This document shows positions 42,206-53,835 of a stretch of DNA of 64,000 bases, piece by piece; within the stretch, counting starts at the first letter, position 1, and every line of letters begins with the position of its first letter. This stretch comes from Desulfatiglandales bacterium. GTDB lineage: Bacteria; Desulfobacterota; DSM-4660; Desulfatiglandales; Desulfatiglandaceae. The stretch covers positions 7,616,001-7,680,000 of the forward strand of contig OY759599.1 of the NCBI GenBank assembly GCA_963662465.1, read 5' to 3'. The notes below the pieces were generated by a model. That model did not search any database. It was not told where the DNA came from and was given only the letters and a program-made list of their open reading frames with translations. The position numbers and the translations under genes are program-made.

Positions 42206-42646
42206 TCAGGCCGCGAGAAGCGCCTTTTCCGGTTTTTTCAACGGCGACGGGCCCATTGCCTTAAGGCTATCAATAAAATCAATAACTTCATGGGCAAATT
42301 CCGGCCCCTCGGCTGATGAAATCCACCTGGATCGAAGGCGATCCGATTCGATGCCGATAAATCCCAATAACTCTCTTAAAAAGCTGATTCTCTTTTTGGT
42401 CGCATAATTACCATACAGGTAATGGCAGTCGCCCAGGTGTCACCCACCCACGAAGACGCCGTCCACACCCTGTTGAAATGCCCTCAGAATATGGTGAGGG
42501 GATACACTCCCGGAACACATCACCCGAACAGTCCTGATGTTCGTTGGATACTGCAGTCGACTAACCCCAGCCAGGTCAGCAGCGGCGTATGCTCACCACG
42601 TACACAAAAAGCAAACGATTTTGGGTTCGAAATTAACGTCACTCAT
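42206..42646 (-). CDS. mvhD: MvhD/FlxD-like Fe-S protein with two Sec (146 aa; UGA 42593-42595 and 42440-42442)
   Basis: Manual translation FEPKIVCFLCTW-U-AYAAADLAG...RVMCSG...GG-U-HLGDCHY...WISSAEG; absent from the ORF track. Confidence 0.92.
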
Positions 42647-42683
42647 AATTCATCCTCGTAAATTTAAGAAGCGGACAGCTTCC

Positions 42684-44372
42684 TCAGCAAACCGCCTTGA
42701 TCTGGCGCAACAACTGTTGCGGTTTATACCCCTTCAGCATGGCACTCTGGGACGGGCATGTGGCGGCACAACATCCACAGCCTTTGCAGAGTATCTGGTT
42801 GACCTCGCAAATCCCCTGATCCGGCAGATATTGTATGGCCTGATAGGGACACATCTCCATACACCCCCGGCATCCCACGCAGGTGTCCGGATTGATTTCC
42901 GCCACGATGGCGCTGATGATCAGTTTGTCTTTGAAAAGAATCGTGCCGATCCTGGATGCTACCCCCAAACCCTGGGAAGTTGCCTCTTCCACATTGGCGG
43001 GATAACGGGCGGAACCGCAAAGAAAGATGCCGTCCGTTGCAAAGTCCAGGGGCCGTAATTTGGCGTGAGCCTCCATAAAGAAATTATTCTGGTCTATGGG
43101 CACCCTCAGAAGCTTGGACAAAATCGGTGCATCTTCCCGAGGGATGAGCGGTGTCGATAAAACCACCAGATCGCAGGGAATCGTTTCGGTGTCGCCGGTG
43201 AGCACCTGGAAAAAACTGACTTCACCATCATTGACTTCCGGGGGTTGATTGGGATCATAAACATCAAAACGAACCCCCGCCCCCCGGGCATCCCACAACA
43301 TTTTCTCTTTTTCCGTGCCGTACATCTGTATATCCCGATAAAGGATATGTACCTCGGCATCGGGGTTTCGCTGTTTAATAAAATATGCATTCTTGACCGC
43401 GGTCTGGCAGCAGATTCGGGAACAATACTTCCGCTCTTCGGAGCGGGCCCCCACACACTGAATCATCACCACCCGCTTAGCGTCAAATGAACCGTCAAGA
43501 AACAGCCCTTCCAGTTCTGCCTGGGTAATGACGCGCTTTCCGTCATACCCATAAAGTCCCTGGGGTTCCAGGGGCAAGGCCCCTGTCGCCACGGCAATGC
43601 AGCCCACCAGCTCATTTACAATAGCGCCATCCGCCTGGCGAATGTTGATTTCGTAATTGCCGATATATCCGCCCACGGTTTCCATCTGAGCATTCAGATA
43701 GATTTTAACGTTAGCTTTGGAACGAACGCTTTTAACCAGGGCATCTAAATGATCCGAGGCTTTCTCCCCTGAAGACAGGCGATCGATTCGGTTTAAAAAA
43801 CCACCCAGTTCGGGGGCTTTTTCCACTAGAACCACATCAAGGCCCATATCCGAAAGGGTCTCCACGGCGGAAAGACCGGCAACGCCACCCCCAATCACCA
43901 TCACCCGCGGGGTTATAGAAGCCTCAATTTCCTGCTGCGGCTCAAGAAATGCCGCCTTGGCCACGGCCATGCGCACCAGGTCCTTCGCCTTTTCCGTGCC
44001 GCCTTCGCGGTTTCCCATGTGTACCCACGAACACTGATCGCGGATATTGGCCATCTCAAAGAGATAGGGGTTCAGCCCGGCCTGGGCGCAGGAACTGCAA
44101 AACAGCGGCTGATGGGTCCTGGGAGAACAGGAGGCCACTACCACGCGATTCAGATCATTTTGCTTGATCCCGTTCATGATTTCCCCGATACCCGCCTCTG
44201 AGCAGGTATAAAGGTTTTCTTTGGCGTATACCACACCGGGCAGGGTGGCTGCATAACGGGTCACGTCAGCACAGTCAATGTGCCCCGCGATGTTTGAGCC
44301 GCAATCACAGATAAACACACCGATCCGTTGGGCTTCCCCATTAATTTTTTTTTCTTCTTTCTTATCGCTCAT
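42684..44372 (-). CDS. hdrA: HdrA-like flavoprotein
   Basis: RIGVFICDCG.NI, CSPRTH, NIRDQCSWVH, GGGVAG, QCVGAR..YCSRICC, C-terminal 2x4Fe-4S; AAGGAG RBS before ATG 44372. Confidence 0.92.
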   Translation of the reverse strand: MSDKKEEKKINGEAQRIGVFICDCGSNIAGHIDCADVTRYAATLPGVVYAKENLYTCSEAGIGEIMNGIKQNDLNRVVVASCSPRTHQPLFCSSCAQAGLNPYLFEMANIRDQCSWVHMGNREGGTEKAKDLVRMAVAKAAFLEPQQEIEASITPRVMVIGGGVAGLSAVETLSDMGLDVVLVEKAPELGGFLNRIDRLSSGEKASDHLDALVKSVRSKANVKIYLNAQMETVGGYIGNYEINIRQADGAIVNELVGCIAVATGALPLEPQGLYGYDGKRVITQAELEGLFLDGSFDAKRVVMIQCVGARSEERKYCSRICCQTAVKNAYFIKQRNPDAEVHILYRDIQMYGTEKEKMLWDARGAGVRFDVYDPNQPPEVNDGEVSFFQVLTGDTETIPCDLVVLSTPLIPREDAPILSKLLRVPIDQNNFFMEAHAKLRPLDFATDGIFLCGSARYPANVEEATSQGLGVASRIGTILFKDKLIISAIVAEINPDTCVGCRGCMEMCPYQAIQYLPDQGICEVNQILCKGCGCCAATCPSQSAMLKGYKPQQLLRQIKAVC

Positions 44373-44386
44373 GCTGGCAGACTCCT

Positions 44387-45925
44387 TCATGATGCCTTGC
44401 GCATTTCCGTACCCATAATCGTCCTGGCCGCTCGGGCAGCCGCACCGCTGGCCTGGGCCACGGATTCCGGAATATCAATGGGGGTGTGCGCACAACCGCA
44501 GGTGAAAATTCCGGCCCGGGTTGTGTCCATGGGTTGCGACGGGTCGGTTTTAAAAAAACCGAAAGGGTTCAGTTCAACACCGAGAATTTCAGCCAATTGG
44601 GGATTCCCACTGGATGGAGCGCAGGCCGTGGCCAGGATTACCAGGTCAAAGGCTTCGCTCTTGACTTTACTCTCACGGGTATCCTCGTAGGTCAACACGG
44701 GGTTATGGTTGGGGCCTTCGTTAATTTCGGCAACCCGTGCTCGCACATAGGTAATGCCGGACTGATCACCGCCTCGCACCTTATATTCTTCAAACCCTTT
44801 TCCCACGGCGCGAATATCCATGCCGAAAATGGTTGAGGTGGTTTCCGGCCCATGTTCTCTGGCGATAATCGCTTCCTTTATGGAATGCATGCAACAGTAA
44901 CCGGAACAAAAAGGGTAAAATCGAAGATCCCTGGAGCCTACGCACTGGATAAAGGCCAGCTTTTTAGCCTGTTGAAACCCTTTGGCCTGTTTCTCGAGTA
45001 TGTCGAGCGGTTCTTCAATGGTCAAATGCTTTTCATATTTCTTTGCCCATGCTTCTCTGTCTTTATCGTCTTTATATTCACCCTTTTGAAATTTCGCATG
45101 AAAGTCAGCGGATGATTCACCAAATTTTTCTTCCAGTTTGTTCAGCTGTTTTTGCGATTTTCCATGGGCTTTTTTCAGAATTTCAATTTCTACTTCCACA
45201 GCCAGATCCGAGGGACGATCCAGATGGCCGCCGGTGGGACCGCTGGCGCTCAGCAACCTTTCAAGCTCAATGGCTGTTATCACATTGGGAATTTCACGGT
45301 ACTGGTATTCCGGGATACGGGAGGGATCAAACACCTCATAACCGGAAGCCACAATAATGGCCCCCACGTCCAGTTCCACAATTCGGTCCTTCTGGTCAAA
45401 ATCAACGGCCTCCGCCTGGCAGACCTTGGCGCAGATGCCGCATTTTTTTCCGTTCAACTGCCGACAGTGATCCGGATCGATGGTATGGGTGGAGGGTATC
45501 CCCTGAGCAAACCAGCTGTAGATGGCCTTTCGAGTTCCCAGACCCTCGTTGAAAGCGTCAGAAACTACGGTTGGACATTTTTCCTTGCACGCGCCGCAGC
45601 CCGTACACTTGCTTTCGTCCACATAACGGGCCTTTCGATTAACGGTAACCTTGAAAGCCCCTTCCTCCCCTTTGACTTCCAGAACTTCGGAATACGCCAG
45701 AAGTTCAATATTGGGATGTCGACCGACATCCAGCATCTTGGGCGAAAGGATTCAGATGGCGCAGTCATTGGTGGGAAATGTCTTATCCAGTTGCGCCATT
45801 TTCCCGCCGATGCTGGGAAGTCGTTCCACCAGGTGGACCTTAAATCCCATTTCGGCCAGATCCAATGACGACTGAATCCCCGCAATACCGCCCCCAATTA
45901 CAAGAATATCCTTACTCACGGTCAT
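44387..45925 (-). CDS. hdrA: HdrA-like selenoprotein (512 aa; Sec at 45752-45754)
   Basis: GGGIAG...[28 protein letters not shown] in frame with track ORF 44387-45736; QCVGSRD, CSGYCC. Confidence 0.92.
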
Positions 45926-45939
45926 TCTCCTATGTTTTT

Positions 45940-46028
45940 TTAGCTGTTAGCTATTAGCTGTTAGCTCGTAGCTGTTAGCTATTAGCTGTTCGTTATTCGC
46001 TTTTGGCTAACGGCTAACAGCTAACAGC
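45940..46028. repeat. TTAGCT(G/A) heptamer tandem array followed by inverted copies
   Basis: ttagctgttagctattagctg... then ggctaacggctaacagctaacagc. Confidence 0.8.
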
Positions 46029-46034
46029 TTTCCA

Positions 46035-46454
46035 TCATGCCGCCTGTTCCAACACGGCAGGCCCCAGGGTACGGACCTTTTCCGTAAACTCCCTGGCCAC
46101 CTCGGCAAAGCGAGTCCCTTCGGCCGAGGAGATCCATTCAAGTCTGAGCCTCTCCAGGTCAATCCCCAGGATTTTAATCAGTTCCTGTGTCAATTTGAAC
46201 ATCTTTTCCGCTTTTACATTACCATCCAGGTAATGACAGTCGCCAATGTGTCACCCGGACACCAGAACGCCATCCGCGCCCCGTTGAAACGCCTTGAGAA
46301 TAAAATTAGGATTTATCCTGCCGGAACACATAACCCGGATAATTCTCATGTTGGGCGGATATTGAAAACGGCTCACCCCTGCCAGATCCGCGGCAGAATA
46401 GGCGCACCAGTTGCATGCAAATGTGATGATCTTGGGATCAAATGCTTCAGTCAT
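46035..46454 (-). CDS. mvhD: MvhD-like Fe-S protein with one Sec (139 aa; UGA 46251-46253)
   Basis: [13 protein letters not shown]...RVMCSGR...SG-U-HIGDCHY...LEWISSAEG. Confidence 0.92.
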
Positions 46455-46486
46455 AAAAAAACTCCATTCGGATCGGGTATTGACAT

Positions 46487-46528
46487 CAATCATCAATCAC
46501 CAATCAACAATCAACAATCATCAATCCA
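46487..46528. repeat. CAATCA(N) heptamer tandem repeat x6
   Basis: caatcat caatcac caatcaa caatcaa caatcat caatcca, overlapping the hdrL stop. Confidence 0.75.
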
Positions 46529-49500
46529 AGGCCGCGTTAACCATGCTTAATACTTCTCCATCGTCATAATGAAAGACAGCGGCTGCTCCCGTGGGACATG
46601 CCACAGCACAGGCGCCGCAGCCTTTGCAGAGGGCCGGTTGGACCCGGGATACCTGCCCGCCCCCTTCCAGATCCACCAGGCTGATGGCGCCGTAGGGACA
46701 AGCGTCCCCGCACATGCCGCAGCCAATGCAGTAGTGTTCATTCACATGGGACACCACCCCTTCCACGGAGAGTTCTTTCTTGGACAACACAACCGATGCC
46801 CGTGATGCGGCGGCCTTGGCTTGAGCCACGCTCTCCTCAATGGGTTTGGGATAGTGGGCCATGCCCGCCATGAAAATCCCTTCTGATGCGAACTCAACGG
46901 GTCTCAGCTTGGCATGGGCTTCCATAAAATAACCATCCTCATTCAGGGACAGTTTATACATCTGGGCCAGTGCTTCGTTATCCCGGGGCACAATGGCGGA
47001 GGCCAGCACCAGCAGGTCGGGATTCATTCGGATATCCCGGCCCAGAATAGTATCCCGGGTGGTTACCATCAGGCTGTCCCCCTCTTTTTGAACCCGAGGT
47101 TTGTGATCCAGGCTGTATCGGATGAAAATCACGCCTTTTTTCCTGGCTTCACGGTAAAGGGCTTCTCGCTGCCCGTAGGTCCTGATGTCCCGGTATAAAA
47201 CGAAGACATCCATTTCGGGATTGATCTCTTTTAGCGCCAGGGCCGATTTGATACTATGGGTGCAACAGACTTTTGAGCAATAGGGCCTTTCAGGTTCCCT
47301 GGACCCCACACACTGGATGAACACGACTGATTCGGCTTTCTTTACCCTGTCCTCGTCGGCCATGAGGGCCGCGTCAAACTCCAGATGCGATAAGACCCGG
47401 TCATCGTCCCCGTAGAGATATTCGGTAGGCCTGTGTTCTTTGGCGCCCACGGCCACCACCACGGCCCCATGCTTCAGGATCGTATCGGCGCCATTATGGG
47501 AAATAGTGGTTTCAAAATTACCCACAAACCCTGACGCTTCTTTGATGACGGTATCCCTGAACACCTCAATCAATGGATGGTTGTCGATTCGGCTGATCAT
47601 CTCCTTAAGGCCTTCGGAAATGCTGTCTCCCCGCCAGGTTTCATTGAGCATCAAGGCATTGCCGCCCAATTGCCAGGCCCGCTCCACCAGATAGGTGTGG
47701 TATCCCTGATCGGCCAGACCAATGGCCGCGGTCATGCCGGCAATGCCGCCCCCGATCACCAGGGCCTTGCTGTCAACACTGATGGTAGGCTGAGGCAGCG
47801 GCTGAATCAACTGTGCCCGGGCCACGGCCATTCGCACCAGGTCCTTGGATTTCCGGGTTGCCTCCTCTTGTTCCTTGCTGTGAACCCATGAACACTGATT
47901 ACGGATGTTAGCCATCTCAAAGAGGTATTTGTTAAGTCCGGCATCCCGCATGGTTTCCTGGAACAGGGGCTCATGGGTCCGGGGCGTGCAGGCCGCCACA
48001 ACAACGCGGTTCAAACCCTCACGCAAAATGACTTCCTTGATCTTATCCTGGGTATCCTGGGAACAGGTAAACAGGTTATCTTCCACATAGGCCACCCCCG
48101 GAAGGGTTTTGGCATATTCAACCACCTTGGGTACTCCCACGATGCCGCCGATATTGATGCCGCAATTACATACAAAGACGCCAATGCGCGGTTCTTCCTG
48201 GGAAACGTCCCGCTCTTTCGGGTAGGTTCTCTCCCTGATCTGAGTGCCTTGGGCCGCTGAAAGCTTTCCTTTTGCGTCGCAGGCCGCGGCGCTGGCTTCC
48301 ATAACGGAGGCGGGAATATCTTTAGGTTCCTGAAAAGCGCCGCATACATAGATGCCGGGACGCGACGTCTCAACCGGGTTAAACACGCTGGTTTCCACGA
48401 AATTGTCGGTATCCAGGGCGACTTCCAGCTTTTCCGCCAGTTCCACCAGGGATTCCTGGGTTTCAAGACCTACCGAAAGGACCACCATGTCAAACTGTTC
48501 CGAGTGCATGCTCCCATTTTCATCCACGTATTCCAGGATGGGGTTATGGGTGTCGGCATCTTCTCCAACGGTATGAATTCGGGAACGAATGAACCGAACC
48601 CCTTTCTCATTCCTGGCGCGGTCGTAATACCGTTCAAAATCCTTTCCATAGGTTCGCATGTCCATGAAAAAGATGGCCGTATCCAGCTCGCCGCCCGAAT
48701 GTTCTTTGGCGATCACCGCCTCCTTGACCGCATACATACAGCACACGGAAGAACAATAGGGATGGTCGCAACGGTTGAGGTCTCTGGACCCCACGCATTG
48801 CAGCCAGGCCACTTTTTTGGGTTCCGCATTGTCGGACGGACGCAGCAGATGTCCCATACTGGGACCTGTGGCGCTCAAAATCCGCTCAAACTCCATGCTG
48901 GTGACCACATTGGGATAGGTGGTGTAGTGGTAGGTATCAAACTGGCTGGGATCAAAGGGTTTAAACCCTGGCGACAGGATCACGGCGCCCACGTTGAGTT
49001 TCACCTGCTCAACTTTCTGGGCATGGGTTTTGAGGGTCACAGCCTGGGCTTTGCACACTTTCACGCACTCGAAGCATTCGCAACACCCGCCGCAGTTGAG
49101 GCACCGGCCGGCTTCTTCCCGTGCCGCCGCTTCATCGGCGCACAAGGTGATTTCATTAAAGCCCGACTTCCGGTCTTCCATGGCAAGGGAGGGCACTTGA
49201 AGTCTTTGCTTTTTCTCAATGTTCTCTGGAACATGGGTCCAGTGATCACCCATGGGTGGCTCGTCGATCCACTCGGTGGGAAGGGTTTCACCCTGAAGAT
49301 ATTTGGCCATATAACCTGCTGCCCGTTTACCCGCTTCCACCGCTTCAATAACGGTTGCGGCGCCGGTAATGGCATCGCCGCCCGCGAAAATTCCCGGAAC
49401 GCTGGTCTGCAGGGTTTCGGAATTGACCACCAGGTGATTCCATTTGGAAATCTCGAGTTGAATTTTATCTTTCTTCAGGAAATCAAGGTTCGGTTCCTGG

Positions 49501-50978
49501 CCGATGGCGGAAATCACGTGTTCCGCTTCAATAAAAAATTCCGACCCCTCGATGGGAATAAATTTTCGACGGCCCGTGGTGTCCGGTTCGGTCAGGCGAG
49601 TGCGAATACACTCAACCCCTGCAATTGCATCGTTTTCAATGGCCACCCGCTTTGGCGCCGACTGGAACATCACCTTCGCCCCTTCAGCCTCGATTTCTTT
49701 GGTGTCTTCGGGTGAATAGGGCATCTGTTCCTGTGAGAAGGGGTCCACCATATGGACGCTGTCAGCCCCCAGTCTGAGCGCCACACGTGCGGCGTCAATA
49801 CCTGAGTGACCGGCTCCCAGAACCACCACGCGGCCCTTGAGGCTGTCACGCTCTCCCAACTCAACCTGTCTCATGAGCGCGGTAACATGGAGTACCTGTT
49901 CGTGATCTTCGCCGGGCAACCCCAGCTGGAGTCCCTTCCAGGCGCCGCTGCCTACAAATATGGCTTTGGCCCCATGGGCGCGCAGTTCTTCAAGGGTGAG
50001 GTCCTTGCCGATGGACACATTCGTTTGGATCTCGACCCCGAATCGCTTGAGATTCCCGATTTCCGCATCCAGAACGGATCGCGGCAGGCGGTGTTTGGGA
50101 ATGCCGTACCGCATCATGCCGCCCGCTTCGGGCATGGCCTCGTAAACCGTTACGGAATAGCCGTCAAGGGCCAGGAAATAGGCGGCGGTGAGTCCCGCGG
50201 GACCGGCGCCGATAACGGCCACTTTTTCGTCGCGAGGCGTGATTTCAGGAACGGGAATATCGGCCAGATTGACCTGGTCCGCGGCAAAGCGCTTGAGTTC
50301 CCGGATGGAGATGGCCTCATCCACTTCCAGCCGCCGACAGCTCTTCTCACAGGGATGGGGACAAACCCGTCCCAGTGCGCCGGGAAACGGCAGGTTTCGC
50401 ATGATCACTTCAATGGCTTCCTGGTATTTTCCCACTTTGATCATCTGAACATAGCCCTGAACATTCAGGTGGGCCGGACACGCTTGCCTGCACGGCGCCA
50501 GATCCAGTTTTTCAATGGCAAATCCCCCGGGAATGGCCTGGGCATAGGACTTATAGGTGGCCTTGCGGGTCACCAGTCCCACATCGTATTCGCTGGGTCG
50601 CTCCACGGGACACGCCGTCGCGCAATCCCCGCATGCGGTACAGGCATCAGGATCAATGTATCGCGGTGTTTTGGTGAGGGTTACCTCGAAGTTTCCCTCT
50701 TCTCCATTCACTTCATCAACGTCTGAACAGGTGTGAAGTTCAATATTGGTGTGCCGGCCGACCTCGACCAGTTTCGGAGAGATAATTCACATAGCGCAAT
50801 CATTGGTGGGAAACGTCTTGTCCAGTTGTGCCATTACCCCGCCGATGGCCGGTGTCTTTTCCACCAGATGGACATAAAACCCCGCGTCCGCCAGGTCCAG
50901 GGCCGACTGCATGCCGGCAATACCGCTACCGACCACCATTACGGCGCCCTGTACTTTTTGATCTTTCTCTGATTTCAT
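46521..50978 (-). CDS. hdrL: HdrL: HdrA fused to an NAD(P)-binding GltD-like module, selenoprotein (1485 aa; Sec at 50787-50789)
   Basis: [25 protein letters not shown] joins track ORFs in frame; [34 protein letters not shown]; HdrA motifs QCVGSR, CTPRTH. Confidence 0.92.
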
Positions 50979-50997
50979 TCTAACAACTCCTTCTTCT

Positions 50998-52158
50998 TCA
51001 TTCACCGCCGAGGTGTTCGGAAAGATAGGCGTAAATATCCGTAATCCGGAGATCCATTTCCGCTGTGCGCGATGCACAGGTAAAGTGAATCTGGCATTTG
51101 GGGCAAGCTGTTACCAAAGTTCGCATCCCCGTGTCAAGGGCCTCCTGAAGACGTTCCAGCCGCATGGCCTTGGAGCAGTTGGAACACTCCATCCATGCGC
51201 TTGTCCCACAGCAAAGGGCATTTTCCCGGTTGCGCCCCATTTCCACCAGCCTTGTCTCCGGAATGCTTTTTAACAGGTCTCTTGGTGCTTCATAAATACC
51301 GGCGCCCCTGCCCAGACGACAGGGATCCTGAAAGGTGACCCCGCCATTTTGGGAAGGCTTAAATTCAAGCGAGGATGCGGGCAGTTCACGGGCCAGAAAC
51401 TCGCTCATGTGCAAGACTTCAAAGGGCAGGCTGCCGAAATATTTAGGATATTGCTTTTTGAAAGTGACATACCCCTCCGGGCAGCTGAACAGAACCGTTT
51501 TGGCTCCCGAGGCTGCGATTGCCTCCAGGTTTCGTTCCGCCAGTTTTCGAAAGGTTGTTTCATTGCCACTGGTCAAGGCGTCATGTCCGCAACACCGCTC
51601 TTCATTGCTGATGACCGGCGTAATGCCCATTCGATTCAGTAACTTGAGAACGCTTCGCGCACTTTCCAGGGGAGACAATTCCAGATATTCAAAGACCACC
51701 TCAAAATAGGGCAGGCATCCCACAAAGTAAAAAATGTCCCCGGTTTCTGCAAAATTTCCCTGCCCCTCAGCCCAGGCGGTCCGTTTCTGGGTCCGGTTGC
51801 TCAGTTGAAGATCGGCAACGCACTGCATAATCCCATGATGGCTTTCCTGAGGAAGATTTCCCGCATCCCGGGCCTTTTGCCTGAGAAAACGAACAAATTC
51901 CGGAAAGTCGATCCCAACGGGGCATCTTGTGCTGCACCGGGCGCAACCCAGACACGCCCAGAGCCCGGGATCAAGATACGGTTCTCCCCCAGGGTCCCTC
52001 AATGCCTTTTTGATCATCTGTCTCGGTGAAAAGGTCGGAAGCACTTTGTTTACCGGGCAGCTTCCGGTGCATACGCCGCATTCCATACAATAATCTATTT
52101 GTTTTTCAGTCAGTTGCATTGTTTGTTCCGCTTTTTTGGTATAGGTGATTGATAGCAT
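50998..52158 (-). CDS. HdrD-like (Fe-S)/CCG-domain protein
   Basis: [44 protein letters not shown]; start may be 52119. Confidence 0.9.
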   Translation of the reverse strand: MLSITYTKKAEQTMQLTEKQIDYCMECGVCTGSCPVNKVLPTFSPRQMIKKALRDPGGEPYLDPGLWACLGCARCSTRCPVGIDFPEFVRFLRQKARDAGNLPQESHHGIMQCVADLQLSNRTQKRTAWAEGQGNFAETGDIFYFVGCLPYFEVVFEYLELSPLESARSVLKLLNRMGITPVISNEERCCGHDALTSGNETTFRKLAERNLEAIAASGAKTVLFSCPEGYVTFKKQYPKYFGSLPFEVLHMSEFLARELPASSLEFKPSQNGGVTFQDPCRLGRGAGIYEAPRDLLKSIPETRLVEMGRNRENALCCGTSAWMECSNCSKAMRLERLQEALDTGMRTLVTACPKCQIHFTCASRTAEMDLRITDIYAYLSEHLGGE

Positions 52159-52508
52159 TAAAATCCAAACAGGCGCCGTTTTGAATGCCGCCTAATTTTT
52201 AGGGAACTACTTATCATACTGCGGAATGGGTTTGTCAAGGAAAAACCTTTTTAGGCCGGAAAGAGATCTGGCAAACGCATCTCGCTCATAAAATGGCTTA
52301 GGGTTGTCGTCCCGAAACTTTATGCGCAGTATCGCTAAAACTGGTTTCCAAAAAAATGCGGAGATTTGAATATTTTACTTGACAAAATAAACTTACGCAA
52401 ATAAAAGTTTCCGTTTTAGAGGTTTTCGGCGCTAACTGGAAGAATGGCTTTTTTGAGCCTATGATGTTTTAAAGTTTCATCAGCCCTCAAAATATGGACA
52501 CTAGGATT

Positions 52509-52751
52509 ATGACTAAAAAGACGAAAAAAGGTAAAATTATCATCAACAGGGAGCGATGCAAAGGGTGTTATCTTTGTATTGAAACCTGTCCGAACGAGAT
52601 GATCGAAGTGGATGAGACCCCTAATAAGAAGGGGTACTTGCCTGCTCGATTCAAAGAAAATGTTTCTGAAGGTGAAAAGGGATGCATCGCATGCGCACAA
52701 TGCGCCACGGTTTGTCCTGAAGTAGCGATCGAGGTGTATCGTGCCCAGTGA
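52509..52751 (+). CDS. 2-oxoacid:ferredoxin oxidoreductase delta (4Fe-4S) subunit
   Basis: CKGCYLCIETCP and CIACAQCATVCP. Confidence 0.9.
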   Translation: MTKKTKKGKIIINRERCKGCYLCIETCPNEMIEVDETPNKKGYLPARFKENVSEGEKGCIACAQCATVCPEVAIEVYRAQ

Positions 52752-53835
52752 AAAAATGTTAATGAATGGTTCCCACGTCGTTGCGGAAGCGGCCGTTCGA
52801 GCCGGCTGCCGCTACTACTTCGGTTACCCTATCACGCCCCAGAACGAACTGCCCGAGTATCTTTCCGCCAGAATGCCCGAAGTCGGGGGCGCCTTTATTC
52901 AGGGTGAGAGCGAAATCGCATCCGTTAATATGGTTCTCGGCGCCTCCGTTGCGGGGGGCAGGGCCATGACGTCGTCATCATCGCCCGGTGTTTCCCTGAA
53001 ACAGGAAGCCATCAGCTATATGGCCGGTATGGAATTGCCCGGAGTGATTATCAATATGATGCGGGGCGGCCCGGGACTGGGGAACATCGCACCGTCGGCC
53101 GCTGATTATTTTCAGGCGACCCGGGGCGGTGGTCACGGCGACTACCGGACCCCGGTTCTGGCGCCGGCGGGATGCCAGGAGCTGGCGGATTTAACGTCCG
53201 TTGCCTTTGATATTGCGGATAAATACCGGACGCCCGTTATGATTCTGGGAGATGGATTGATGGGGCAGGTCATGGAGCCGGTGGTCTTTCCCGATTTTAT
53301 TGACCTTGAAGACCTTCCCAAAAAAGACTGGATACTGGATGGATGCAAAGGCCGGGAACCCCGGGCCCTTTACTCTATGCTTCTGGGACAGGATGGCGAG
53401 CTCTATAAACACAACCTGGCCCTGCAGAAAAAATATGATGAAATTACCGCCAATGAATTAAGATGGGAAACCAAAACCCAAGACGATGATGAAATGATCA
53501 TCGTGGCTTATGGCACGGCGGCCAGAATTGCCGAGAGCGCCATTGAGGAACTGAGAGCCGAAGGCCTGAATGTGGGCCTGTTTCGACCCATTACCCTGTG
53601 GCCCTATCCCATGGCGGCCTTGCGGGAATTGGCTTCAAAAATGTCCAAGGTAGCCGTGTTCGAGCTGTGCATGGGTCAAATGGTGGAAGATGTGGTACTC
53701 TCCGTGGGGGATCGGGCCGAAATCCATTTCTACGGCATGCCCGGCGGTATCATCCCGACGCCCGCGGACGTGGCCGATTTCCTGAGATCCGCTGCCCGCG
53801 GCGACGGAAAAGTAGGCAGGAGGATTGACGTATGA
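52741..53835 (+). CDS. 2-oxoacid:ferredoxin oxidoreductase alpha subunit (VorB-like)
   Basis: GYPITPQ, ESEIA, SSSPG, RGGPGLGNI, GGGHGDY. Confidence 0.92.
   Translation: MPSEKMLMNGSHVVAEAAVRAGCRYYFGYPITPQNELPEYLSARMPEVGGAFIQGESEIASVNMVLGASVAGGRAMTSSSSPGVSLKQEAISYMAGMELPGVIINMMRGGPGLGNIAPSAADYFQATRGGGHGDYRTPVLAPAGCQELADLTSVAFDIADKYRTPVMILGDGLMGQVMEPVVFPDFIDLEDLPKKDWILDGCKGREPRALYSMLLGQDGELYKHNLALQKKYDEITANELRWETKTQDDDEMIIVAYGTAARIAESAIEELRAEGLNVGLFRPITLWPYPMAALRELASKMSKVAVFELCMGQMVEDVVLSVGDRAEIHFYGMPGGIIPTPADVADFLRSAARGDGKVGRRIDV

Noticed and set aside
39286..50978. Nonsense pseudogenes in fdh, mvhD, hdrA and hdrL
   Set aside because: All six stops are TGA at conserved Cys/Sec motif positions with frames continuing, so selenocysteine is the better explanation
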